Assembly: GCA_030550585.1 (NCBI GenBank)
Contig: JAUQPB010000001.1
Location: forward strand, 160,001-224,000
DNA from: Thermoproteota archaeon
GTDB taxonomy: Archaea > Thermoproteota > Thermoprotei_A > Sulfolobales > Ignisphaeraceae
Length of the DNA: 64,000 nt
Direction of reading: 5' to 3'
The notes beneath the pieces were generated by a model. It did no database searches. It was not told where the DNA came from and saw only the letters and a program-made list of their open reading frames with translations. The position numbers were made by a program, and so were the translations under genes. Positions within the stretch are counted from its first letter, which is position 1, and each line of letters begins with the position of its first letter. This document shows positions 28,868-38,076 of the stretch, in pieces.

Positions 28868-30882
28868 TTTTTCAGCACCTCTCTAGCATTTTCATTTACA
28901 ACCATTTTAACTATTTTGCTTCTGCCCGGTATTTTTGCTTTCAGTTCATCTAGGTCAATAGATTTTACAATCACATCTAGACCATTCTTTTTCAATTCAG
29001 TAGCAAGCTTCTCAATAATCTCCTCAATTTTTAGATCTCCTGGCTGCAAAACCATGTACCAAATACCCTTTTTCGAAACTGTGGCCTCAGAGCCGACAAT
29101 GATCCTAGCCACGCATTGGTCTTCACTAGTTTCTGAAACCTCCATTCCAATGGCTATTCTAAGCTCCACATTGTCTATGAAATTCTTTTTACCATATACC
29201 ATGAATCCTCCACGTGGAAGATATTCGCCGGATGGTGGTGATAAAGACACTTGAGAGCCTAGAACCCAAAAAACATTAATTGTGTGAAGACCGAGCTTCC
29301 ATGCTTTACTATAGGATGCTGCCAAAACAGCTGCCTCTCTTAGAGTCTCTTCATCGACTTGCCTATTATCAGTTTTGATTATTACTGTGCTACCACCATG
29401 GATATCAGCATGCATCACAATGTCGTCATCTCTCAGAAGCTTTTTAATGAGATATATATTTTGGCTTGCATCTCTTCCACCCAGGATTAGAAAACCGGAT
29501 GGTGTTATTGTCCAATGGAATTTTTCAAACCATTCCCTCCTTCTAGAAATTGAGAGCCTTACACTCTTCTCTTCAACACTAGTTTCTTCGCTTAGCCTCT
29601 TAATCTCCTCTTCTATTCTCTTCATTTCTGCAACTGTCCTTTCTATACCTTCAGATACGTCACTTAACATCTTTCTATACTCATTGTATATTAAAACCAA
29701 TGATTTTCTTACATTCAACTCGATGCGAATCCCACCAATATCTATATAGTATAGTCCCTTGCTCTGATCATATCCAGCAATTCTATTGCTACATCTACTT
29801 ATATGCTCCCAACCATACTGTTTAACAACTGTTTGAGCACATTGATGCAAATTCTCTATCTCTGGGTAATTCTCCTCAATAGCCGACACAATTTTGCTGA
29901 TAAGATCTTTCTTATTTTCATATGTCTTCAGAGTCGATTCCATATCTTGTAATGTGTGCTTCAGTTTCTCAATTCTGTCGATAATCGGCTTTATTCTAGA
30001 ATTTTTAACAAGATCTTCAATACCATATGCAAAGAACTTGTTGATTACGTCATTAAAACTTTGGCTTGTTTCAACTTTATATGTATTACCAACTGTAAAC
30101 TGGGGTGGTATAAAGGGGTAGAATCCTAGTGGAATGTTATTTGCATATACTATACAAGGAGCTGGCCTCTTTGTAACTTGATCAACAATATTTTTTATAT
30201 TATCAATAACACATTTTATGATGTCTTCAATCGATTCATTTTTATTCATACCCTTCTCGCATAAAAAAGCACCTGCCTCAACCACTTCTGGGGGAAACCC
30301 AAACGTTTTTATTATATAGGAAACAATATTCTGTTTTTTCTCATCAGATCTTCTTATCCCTTCTAGAACTTTCGTAATTTCTATGTCGTCTTGCCATTGT
30401 TTTGGCGGAAACACATATTTTGATTTTGGTGCTATGACCCTATCCTTCATTTTCCTATATTCCAATGCTATGACTACATTGTAATCAGGATCCGTAAGGA
30501 CGATTGTGCCTCGCGGTAGTAGTTCTATAATAAGTCTTTTCTCCTTATCTCCGCACACAATTTTCATAACAACTATTCTTTCTCTGTCATACTGATCTAC
30601 TGAAGCTATTTTGCAATCTCTTATGTGTGATCTCCAAAGGCTGGTCAAATTCTTTGAATGGTCTATATCTATCTTCGAATCAGATAAAGATATTCTCTTG
30701 CCTGGCTCAATAACTAAATAATGTGGTCTTATCTCGCCCCCTTTTCTGAGCTTTAAAATGGCTAAGTTCTTTGAGTATATGTACACGTTGTCTATATAGG
30801 AATTCTCGACATGACTTTTCTGTTCATTAATCCATACACTTATATCTAGCCAGCTCATAGAATTTTTCTGGCGTTTTTGCAA
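28846..30882 (-). CDS. rqcH: Ribosome quality control protein RqcH/NEMF (NFACT)
   Basis: MSWLD, QYDRERIV, WFEKFHW, GGRDASQN, HADIHG, SGEYLPRGGFMVYGKKN; start uncertain (TTG 30882 or upstream). Confidence 0.9.
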   Translation of the reverse strand: MQKRQKNSMSWLDISVWINEQKSHVENSYIDNVYIYSKNLAILKLRKGGEIRPHYLVIEPGKRISLSDSKIDIDHSKNLTSLWRSHIRDCKIASVDQYDRERIVVMKIVCGDKEKRLIIELLPRGTIVLTDPDYNVVIALEYRKMKDRVIAPKSKYVFPPKQWQDDIEITKVLEGIRRSDEKKQNIVSYIIKTFGFPPEVVEAGAFLCEKGMNKNESIEDIIKCVIDNIKNIVDQVTKRPAPCIVYANNIPLGFYPFIPPQFTVGNTYKVETSQSFNDVINKFFAYGIEDLVKNSRIKPIIDRIEKLKHTLQDMESTLKTYENKKDLISKIVSAIEENYPEIENLHQCAQTVVKQYGWEHISRCSNRIAGYDQSKGLYYIDIGGIRIELNVRKSLVLIYNEYRKMLSDVSEGIERTVAEMKRIEEEIKRLSEETSVEEKSVRLSISRRREWFEKFHWTITPSGFLILGGRDASQNIYLIKKLLRDDDIVMHADIHGGSTVIIKTDNRQVDEETLREAAVLAASYSKAWKLGLHTINVFWVLGSQVSLSPPSGEYLPRGGFMVYGKKNFIDNVELRIAIGMEVSETSEDQCVARIIVGSEATVSKKGIWYMVLQPGDLKIEEIIEKLATELKKNGLDVIVKSIDLDELKAKIPGRSKIVKMVVNENAREVLKKCLEHLT

Positions 30883-31190
30883 TGACACAACATCCTGTTG
30901 AGGCATTTCCACTTCGCCTGAAGATACTGCTCATCAGGGGTCTTTACGGCCTGGTAACATCCGCTATTGTAACTATCTTCTCATTGCATGCATATTACGA
31001 GTCTGTCCTAACAGGTTTATTAGGTTCTATTGCCCCATACTTTACATGGACCTTAATAATACTTTTGTATATACCAACCATAGCGATTGTTAAAGCACTT
31101 GGAGTAACTAAGAGATTTGAACTTTATTTGAGAGGTTTTTCAGTGTATTTCGTCATCTTCATACTTACAAATATTGTTATTGCCAGCTAA
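30882..31190 (+). CDS. Small hypothetical membrane protein (3 TM)
   Basis: Hydrophobic 102-aa ORF; fills an otherwise non-coding gap on the minus strand. Confidence 0.55.
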   Translation: MTQHPVEAFPLRLKILLIRGLYGLVTSAIVTIFSLHAYYESVLTGLLGSIAPYFTWTLIILLYIPTIAIVKALGVTKRFELYLRGFSVYFVIFILTNIVIAS

Positions 31191-31790
31191 GACCCTAGCT
31201 TCGTATATAGGAGAGAATTCTGCTACAATAGCTATGTAGTCTTTTGGCAAAACAATATTTCCACTATCATCGATAGGAAATGCGTAGGGCAACTCTATCT
31301 CCAGCTCCATGTCATGTGCAAGCTTCTTGCTTATCTTCAAGCCAAACACATACTTTATCTCCTCAAGCCTCCTCCCATTCTCTATAAGCTTAACAACATA
31401 GGCGGCTCCAGCAATGGTATACTGATGCTTTCCAATGTTTCTAGCCTTGGCTAGCAAAAGTTTTGAGGTGATTAACTTTTTTGTTCTTCCAGCTGGCGGA
31501 TGAGAGCCCATTATACCCCCTATAACCACATATTCACTACTCTTTAGATCGCTAGTAGTAAGAGGTTCTTCTGCAGCAGGATCCAAAACAACAACATTTG
31601 TATTGTTACTCAGCAACACCGTTGCCGATTCTCTATACACTTTTCCAAGTGGTTTTAGCAACTGTGCATCTCTATCACTTTTTACATTAGTGAAAATGAC
31701 TCTACCTCTGAAGAGATTCGACACAAACTCATATTCTTTAAAAAGCCACCTATTTACACAAGGTTCTAGATGCTCTACCACAATCTGCAT
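31140..31790 (-). CDS. SPOUT-class methyltransferase (Sfm1/DUF431-like)
   Basis: VEHLE...W...EY, VLDP.A..PL...D, VIGGIMGSHPP.GRT, LPYAFP. Confidence 0.85.
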   Translation of the reverse strand: MQIVVEHLEPCVNRWLFKEYEFVSNLFRGRVIFTNVKSDRDAQLLKPLGKVYRESATVLLSNNTNVVVLDPAAEEPLTTSDLKSSEYVVIGGIMGSHPPAGRTKKLITSKLLLAKARNIGKHQYTIAGAAYVVKLIENGRRLEEIKYVFGLKISKKLAHDMELEIELPYAFPIDDSGNIVLPKDYIAIVAEFSPIYEARVLAGNNNICKYEDDEIH

Positions 31791-31881
31791 TGTCTACATA
31801 CCAACATTCTTATAAAGCTTACAAACAAAAATTTTTAAATTGCGATCAAAGCGAAATAGAGTTAGAGTGGGATGAATCTGA

Positions 31882-32166
31882 ATGGCAACAGCACAGCAAA
31901 AACCTTCGATAACCCCCATGAAGCTACTAAGAGGATCTATGAATAAAACGGTGCTTGTGAAGGTTAAGGAAAATACAGAATTCGTTGGAAAACTAGTTAT
32001 GACAGATCCAACAATGAATGTTGTGCTAGAGGATGCAACAGAGTATAAAGATGGTGGGGAGGAAGTTGTGGCAAAATATGGTAGAATATTGATTAGGGGA
32101 AGCCAAATTCTATACATATGTGTTGACTATACCGAAGCAAAGCTTAGACAAGCAACATCGTCGTGA
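31882..32166 (+). CDS. Sm-like archaeal protein (SmAP)
   Basis: Sm1 (G.L...DPTMNVVLEDA) and Sm2 (ILIRGSQI) motifs; upstream of MAT. Confidence 0.92.
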   Translation: MATAQQKPSITPMKLLRGSMNKTVLVKVKENTEFVGKLVMTDPTMNVVLEDATEYKDGGEEVVAKYGRILIRGSQILYICVDYTEAKLRQATSS

Positions 32167-32173
32167 GGGTACT

Positions 32174-32338
32174 ATGAAAAGTTATAGAAAAACAGGGAAA
32201 AGTTTAAGACTACCTAATTCATGTCCAATAAACTTCGAGTTTTCGTTAGATAACATTGAATGCAAACTGTGTAAATATTTTGACCAGTGTCTCAGGGCAT
32301 TCACCAAGGCTGAGAAGCTTAGTAGGAGCATTAGGTAA
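32174..32338 (+). CDS. 54-aa protein with C-x12-CxxC-x5-C motif
   Basis: GAGGGT SD, ATG 7 nt after the SmAP stop; CPINFEFSLDNIECKLCKYFDQC. Confidence 0.55.
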   Translation: MKSYRKTGKSLRLPNSCPINFEFSLDNIECKLCKYFDQCLRAFTKAEKLSRSIR

Positions 32339-32427
32339 GCGTTATTGTATAAAATACTGAATAACCAATAAGATAAGATACATAAAAAATATAAGGTTTA
32401 AGATATTTAAAAGCTGTGGGAAGGACA

Positions 32428-33642
32428 ATGGCAAACATAGAGGTATCAGAACACAGATGGATAGGTATAGAGAATCTAAATGTTGAAATCGTAGAGAGAA
32501 AGGGTGTGGGCCACCCAGACTATATAGCTGATAGCATAGGCGAAGCTGTAAGTAGAGAGCTTAGCAAATACTATCTAAAAAGATTCGGGCTTGTTCTACA
32601 CCATAACGTGGATAAGGTTCTTGTAGTAGGAGGACAGGCACACCCTGTTTTTGGAGGTGGCGAAGTACTACAACCAATATATGTAATTGTATCGGGAAGA
32701 GCCACAACATATGTAAAAACAAAGGATGGTCTAGAATTCATACCTGTTGGAACAATAGTGATGAGAGCTGCCAGAAATTGGATTAAGGAGAACTTCAGGT
32801 TTCTAGACCCAGAAGAGCATGTCATAATAGACTATAAAATTGGTCAAGGAAGCGCCGATCTAGTAGGGCTTTTCGAATATGGGCTAAAGAGAATTCCTTT
32901 AGCAAACGACACTAGCTTTGGTGTGGGATATGCACCGCTATCAACGCTTGAAAGGATTGTGTACGATGTTGAGAGGTTTCTGAATTCTCAGAATCTCAAA
33001 AATATGATGCCTGTTGTTGGCGAAGATGTTAAGGTTATGGGGCTTAGAATAAATAAAAAGATAACGCTGACAATAGCTGTTGCAATGATCTCTAGATTTG
33101 TAAAGGATAAGGGAGAGTACCTGGCATTAAAGGAGGAGATAAGAGAGAAGGTGCTTGACTATCTAGCCAAAAAGGTTCACAATTACGATATTGAGGTATT
33201 TATAAATGCTGCTGACAAGCCGGAGGAGGGAATATTCTATTTGACGGTCACAGGAACCTCTGCTGAACATGGTGATGACGGTGCAACTGGAAGAGGCAAT
33301 AGAGTAAATGGATTAATAACTCCAATGAGGCCCATGAGCCTAGAGGCAACTGCTGGCAAGAATCCTATTAGTCATGTCGGCAAGATCTATAATGTCGCAT
33401 CAACAATGATAGCAAATAAGATTTATGAAGAGGTGAAGGGTGTTAGAGAAGTTTATGTCAGTATGCTGAGCCAGATTGGAAGACCTATAAACGATCCGCT
33501 GGTTGTTGATATAAAGATCTTTCCAGAAGATAGGCTAACAGAAAATATGGTCAGCGAGGCAAAGAACATTGCTAATGAGGTTCTTGAAAACATTGAGAAG
33601 ATATCGAATTATATAATAGAGAACAAGGTTAGTCTATTTTAA
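32428..33642 (+). CDS. mat: Archaeal S-adenosylmethionine synthetase
   Basis: [48 protein letters not shown]. Confidence 0.96.
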   Translation: MANIEVSEHRWIGIENLNVEIVERKGVGHPDYIADSIGEAVSRELSKYYLKRFGLVLHHNVDKVLVVGGQAHPVFGGGEVLQPIYVIVSGRATTYVKTKDGLEFIPVGTIVMRAARNWIKENFRFLDPEEHVIIDYKIGQGSADLVGLFEYGLKRIPLANDTSFGVGYAPLSTLERIVYDVERFLNSQNLKNMMPVVGEDVKVMGLRINKKITLTIAVAMISRFVKDKGEYLALKEEIREKVLDYLAKKVHNYDIEVFINAADKPEEGIFYLTVTGTSAEHGDDGATGRGNRVNGLITPMRPMSLEATAGKNPISHVGKIYNVASTMIANKIYEEVKGVREVYVSMLSQIGRPINDPLVVDIKIFPEDRLTENMVSEAKNIANEVLENIEKISNYIIENKVSLF

Positions 33643-33650
33643 ACAAATAC

Positions 33651-35636
33651 TCAGCTATTTAATAAGCTCAGTCTATACTCTTTAATGATGTCAGCAAGCT
33701 TTTTAGGATCTAAGTATTCCTTCTCCCGTTTCTTATTCAAATAGTCTAGCAACTTGTTATAGGCATTTCTTACAGCCTCTTGCAAAAGCTTTTTATCGAA
33801 AACCACCACATTATCTGTGACTAAGACTGGTGCTATATTTTCACAGACAATCCCAAGCTCCAAATCGAAGATGTCTGTTGAGAGCGTCTGTGGACATGTC
33901 TTCATTATTAGTATTGTCGGTCTTCTAATGTTTTTCAATTTGGACAAATCTATAATGTCTCTGTCCATGTACATAACATAGATCCCTTCTACAGTTACTT
34001 GATATTCTTCGCTGAAGCTTTTGGCAATGGGAATGGCCATAAACTTGTTATTTGCAATCCCCATTAAAATTTCTTCGAATGCCTTCTTAGATTCGTTCAA
34101 TTTTTCACGTTCTTTCTCAAGAGACTCTACATATGTTTGCAACTGTCTTAGTTTCTCTTTGAATTCATTAACAATTCTATCCCTCATAATTTCGGGCTCT
34201 AGCCTCTCACTAGTCCTGAACCTGCTCTCAAATTCTATTTCACTTAATCTATTCTCCAACTCTATTACACGCCTTCTGAGAATCTCCTTCTCTTTTTGAA
34301 TTTCATTCAGCTTCTCTTCAACTATCTTAACCCTATCCACACAGTTACTATATGTATTTTGAGATGGTGTTACCGTATCTTGGTTGAGTGTTGTATAGTA
34401 AGTGTTTTTAAGGTGCTCCTCAATAGCATATTCAATTGCTTCATTGACTGTCTTACCCCTCAGCAACTGTAGCTTAACATCATCTATCTCTACATCCAGC
34501 CCCAGCTCAATAATCTTCCTCTCAACCTCTACAAACTTTTTCTCAAATGATTTATAAGCCCTTAGCGCAGCTGCAAGTGCATCCCTCTCATGCGAGGTTC
34601 TGATCTCCACATTTAGACCGCGCTTAGTAGCCCACTGAATTAGATACTCCTTTTCTTCGACACTTAGAGATCTATTGGGTATGTAAAGGGGTAGTCCAAG
34701 AATCGAAGAAATCTTTTTGACAGTGTCTGGAGGCGGATTCTTATCTGTTGCTATGAGAACCGGTGTACCAATTGAGTATACCTTGCTTACCACAGCCACT
34801 TTGTCAAGTTCTTTAGATGAATAGGTGTAGCAGGTTCTAAGTGACAGATCTATTACAGCTATGCCAGTTTCAATCCCAGGGTCAACACCTACTATTACAT
34901 ATCTTTTGCTATAACCTTCATTCTCAAACTCTATTGTTGTATACTCAGGCTTTATAGCAATCCTTATATCATTTCCGTGGAATGGCTTTACAAATCTGCG
35001 CACTGTTGAAACATCTGCATAGGCTATGATTGTAGCGCTGTCTAATCCTCCTTTTCCTCTTCTCAAGACTATATCATAAGCTATCTGAGCCTCATCAAGC
35101 CTCTTTCTAATCTCCTTCATTGCAGTAAAGATTGCTGTTCTCATCGCTCTTGCAAATATATTTGCCCTACTACCACCTGACCCAGGCGATCTAGTTCTTG
35201 AAATAACTATCTTCGTTCGTGCACCAACACCTCTAATCACCGTGCCAATGCCATTTAAAGCTAGAAGGGCACAGAGATAAGCGGTTTGAAGAGGCTTTGG
35301 CTTTGTTGATAAACTTAGACCTAGTTTCAGTACCTGTTTCGATAAATCAACAAATTTGTTTTCTTCCAAGGTAACCTGATATATTGTTGTAGTTGGCGGA
35401 AACAACTCAAGAATTCTAGCAAGTTCTTTCCTCACTGGAGCTATCTCAAAAATATTATCAACACCAACCCTATCTACTTTATAGTCCCATGCAATCCTGA
35501 TCAAACCTTTCAAAGGTGTTTCAACAGATTCGTAAACTACATTACTGTTATCATCAATCACCACTACAGCATATATAGGCGGATTTGTTCGTGATAATGG
35601 GCTTCCCTTAACAATGTCTATGCCCATTACCTTCAT
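33651..35636 (-). CDS. DUF460-domain protein
   Basis: MGIDI, VGVDPG, HERDALAAA..AY, coiled coil; next to MAT. Confidence 0.88.
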   Translation of the reverse strand: MKVMGIDIVKGSPLSRTNPPIYAVVVIDDNSNVVYESVETPLKGLIRIAWDYKVDRVGVDNIFEIAPVRKELARILELFPPTTTIYQVTLEENKFVDLSKQVLKLGLSLSTKPKPLQTAYLCALLALNGIGTVIRGVGARTKIVISRTRSPGSGGSRANIFARAMRTAIFTAMKEIRKRLDEAQIAYDIVLRRGKGGLDSATIIAYADVSTVRRFVKPFHGNDIRIAIKPEYTTIEFENEGYSKRYVIVGVDPGIETGIAVIDLSLRTCYTYSSKELDKVAVVSKVYSIGTPVLIATDKNPPPDTVKKISSILGLPLYIPNRSLSVEEKEYLIQWATKRGLNVEIRTSHERDALAAALRAYKSFEKKFVEVERKIIELGLDVEIDDVKLQLLRGKTVNEAIEYAIEEHLKNTYYTTLNQDTVTPSQNTYSNCVDRVKIVEEKLNEIQKEKEILRRRVIELENRLSEIEFESRFRTSERLEPEIMRDRIVNEFKEKLRQLQTYVESLEKEREKLNESKKAFEEILMGIANNKFMAIPIAKSFSEEYQVTVEGIYVMYMDRDIIDLSKLKNIRRPTILIMKTCPQTLSTDIFDLELGIVCENIAPVLVTDNVVVFDKKLLQEAVRNAYNKLLDYLNKKREKEYLDPKKLADIIKEYRLSLLNS

Positions 35637-35749
35637 AATAACACTTCAACTAGCCATCCTTCCCTATGTAGTAAGGGTTCCAACTATCCAATATATATTG
35701 TATAAGGGTTTAAAAATGTAAGTTATACTGAACAAGATATAGCCATTGG

Positions 35750-36637
35750 CTACTGCCTTTTCTCTAAAACATACTTGAAAACCTCGTCTAGGTCAACATC
35801 CAATCTAAATTTTTTCTTAAAGAAAGACACTATATGTTGCAGATCTTTCCTCAAGACTTCTAGGGCCCTAGGATCTACTGTTGTGATGTACTGTGGCCAA
35901 TCTATTATATAGCTTTTTCCATTATCTATATCAACAATTACATTATATTCGCTTAAATCGCCGTGAACAAGACCTGCCTTCCAATAAGCGTTTTTTACTA
36001 TGTCAACTATTTGATAGAATATCTCAGCAGGGTCTTCAAGATCTTTTACCTCAAATAGGTTTACACCGTCTATATACTCTATTACAACGCTGTGAAGAGC
36101 GTTGCCATAGAATTTGGGGATCCCTTGAATATCGAATTTGTTTAGTATACTTAATGCCTCAGCCTCTCTACGACCAGACACAATACTTCTTATAACCCAG
36201 GTAGAGCCACCTAAATTTTCGCCATATGACCTCGCTTTAGACACATTCCTAAACTCTTTTCCAATTTTATGAAACTTTACCGCAACAAGAGAGTTGCTAG
36301 TTGATATTGCTTGGTAAAGCTCGCTCTCCTTACCCTCACCAATTTTGTCGCCAAAAGCACTAAGAACATTCTTTAGAACAAGCCGGTGTATCGCAAGACA
36401 GTCTAGACCTAGGAATCTCAGCCTATAGGCTTCAGATGTTGGATGTCGCTCGATAAGCTTCAGCTTAGTGAGCTTCTGAATCCTAGCAACAATCTCTTTT
36501 TGTGTAAATTTTCTATTGAGTCTATTTACAATTAATTCCATTGGTATAAACTCGAATTTCTTTATATAGCGAACGAAAATATCTAATAGTGTATAATCTT
36601 CTTCGACGAGGCTTTTGCATATCACACCCAGCTTCGT
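35750..36637 (-). CDS. rio2: RIO2-type kinase/ATPase
   Basis: N-terminal wHTH, IGEGKES, VKFH, VHGDLSEYN, IDWPQ. Start is either GTG 36625 or the SD-positioned ACG 36637. Confidence 0.92.
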   Translation of the reverse strand, partial: TKLGVICKSLVEEDYTLLDIFVRYIKKFEFIPMELIVNRLNRKFTQKEIVARIQKLTKLKLIERHPTSEAYRLRFLGLDCLAIHRLVLKNVLSAFGDKIGEGKESELYQAISTSNSLVAVKFHKIGKEFRNVSKARSYGENLGGSTWVIRSIVSGRREAEALSILNKFDIQGIPKFYGNALHSVVIEYIDGVNLFEVKDLEDPAEIFYQIVDIVKNAYWKAGLVHGDLSEYNVIVDIDNGKSYIIDWPQYITTVDPRALEVLRKDLQHIVSFFKKKFRLDVDLDEVFKYVLEKRQ

Positions 36638-36648
36638 CTAACAACACC

Positions 36649-36725
36649 TCAGGAGCATACTGATCCGTGGCGGCCGCGATTCTCTTCATCCAGTTGCGTC
36701 AAGAGCGCGGGACTCTTCATCACTA
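36649..36725 (-). ncRNA. Box C/D-like sRNA or structured leader upstream of rio2
   Basis: GTGATGA-AGAGTCCCGCGCTC-TTGA-cgcaac-TGGATGA-AGAGAATCGCGGCCGCCA-CGGA...CTGA; GC-rich island; TATA about 25 nt upstream of box C. Confidence 0.7.
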
Positions 36726-36753
36726 TTAGACTAGCCTAACATACTTTTTAAGT

Positions 36754-37260
36754 TTGTTAGACAAAAACTGTGTTTGGGACCCTAGATATATGCCTAATAA
36801 GCTCAAACTTCCTCCAAGAATAAAGATTATGGAGGCCTTAGGCTGTTTGGCAGACAAAAGGATTAGAGAAATAGACGATAACAAAGCTATTGTATCGTCA
36901 TCTGATGGTAGTAGGGAATACCATGTTTATGTGGATGTAAAGAAGGGGATTGTTTACAGCGATGATAATGGCACAAAATTTAGGGGGTATATAGGCTATC
37001 CCATAATAGCTTTTCTTATGTTAAAAGGTTATCTGGCATATGATGAAAGGATAGCCAAAGCGTTAGCTGGGATCCCATGGAAAAAACTTAACGAGTCTTA
37101 CAAAAGCTATCAAGTTGTCGAGAATATCGTAAAGGATATTGCAAAAAAGAATGGGGTCTCGCCAGAGTCCATAGATGAATTTGTTGACAATGTTTTGAGG
37201 CAGTTATCCAGATTCTCGCTAGTATACAGTGAAAATCTTGGAAATGTTTTTAACAAGTGA
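36754..37260 (+). CDS. Conserved hypothetical protein
   Basis: PPRIK.MEALG..AD.RI, SSDGSREY, SDDNG...GYIGYPIIAFLM. Confidence 0.75.
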   Translation: MLDKNCVWDPRYMPNKLKLPPRIKIMEALGCLADKRIREIDDNKAIVSSSDGSREYHVYVDVKKGIVYSDDNGTKFRGYIGYPIIAFLMLKGYLAYDERIAKALAGIPWKKLNESYKSYQVVENIVKDIAKKNGVSPESIDEFVDNVLRQLSRFSLVYSENLGNVFNK

Positions 37261-37331
37261 GATATTTCAACATGTCAACCATTAGCAACATATCATAAAT
37301 TTTAATATTGGTGTAAATAATTGATTATATT

Positions 37332-37985
37332 GTGAGAGTTGGGATGAGCATAAAAAGTATTTTCTATGGTGTCGCCTCATGCCGAAGAGGCGTTAAACCC
37401 CTTTTCGAACCCGCACATGCTTTAAAGGCCTTGCTTTTGCTCTATGAAAAGGAGCCTATCGGCAGAAATCTCCTGTCTAAAATGCTAGGTATAGGTGTTG
37501 CCTCTACCCGAACTTTAATTAAGAGACTTAAACAATATGATTTGATATTTGTTGATAATGTTGGTGGATGCCTCCTTACAGAGAAAGGTAAGAATATCGT
37601 TACAAAGATAAGAGGTGTTGTTCGCAAAATAGAGGACATATCAATGATAATAGCAAAAGACTTTATGTTGGGCCCCCATTCATGGATTGCCGTAATAGAA
37701 GATGGTGTTGAGTTGGCTAAGAAATATGGGATAATAGCTATTAGAGATAGATTAATTAGCTATGGCGCAAAAGCTGCACTAATAATTTTTGTTGAGGATT
37801 CTGCATACATACCCCCCGACAAATCCTTGAATGAAAGCAGGTACCACACTCTAAGATTTCTCAAGGAATTCTTGTCTCTTAAATATGGAGATGCATCAAT
37901 AATTTCATTTGCAGACGACCCTTTGACAGCAGAGAAAGCATTGCTAAACACAATAATCGACGTGTTCTTAGATATCCCTATGTAG
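37332..37985 (+). CDS. Winged-HTH protein (DUF4443-like regulator)
   Basis: PIGRNLLSKMLGIGVASTRTLIKRL...GC.LTEKG; RD..I..GA. Confidence 0.75.
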   Translation: MRVGMSIKSIFYGVASCRRGVKPLFEPAHALKALLLLYEKEPIGRNLLSKMLGIGVASTRTLIKRLKQYDLIFVDNVGGCLLTEKGKNIVTKIRGVVRKIEDISMIIAKDFMLGPHSWIAVIEDGVELAKKYGIIAIRDRLISYGAKAALIIFVEDSAYIPPDKSLNESRYHTLRFLKEFLSLKYGDASIISFADDPLTAEKALLNTIIDVFLDIPM

Positions 37986-38076
37986 AGTGGTCTGGAGTTG
38001 AATTATCCAATTAATTTATTGTTAGCATAAATAGTTAAATCTATGGAGTTTTCACTACAACTGTGGTGACACCTAA

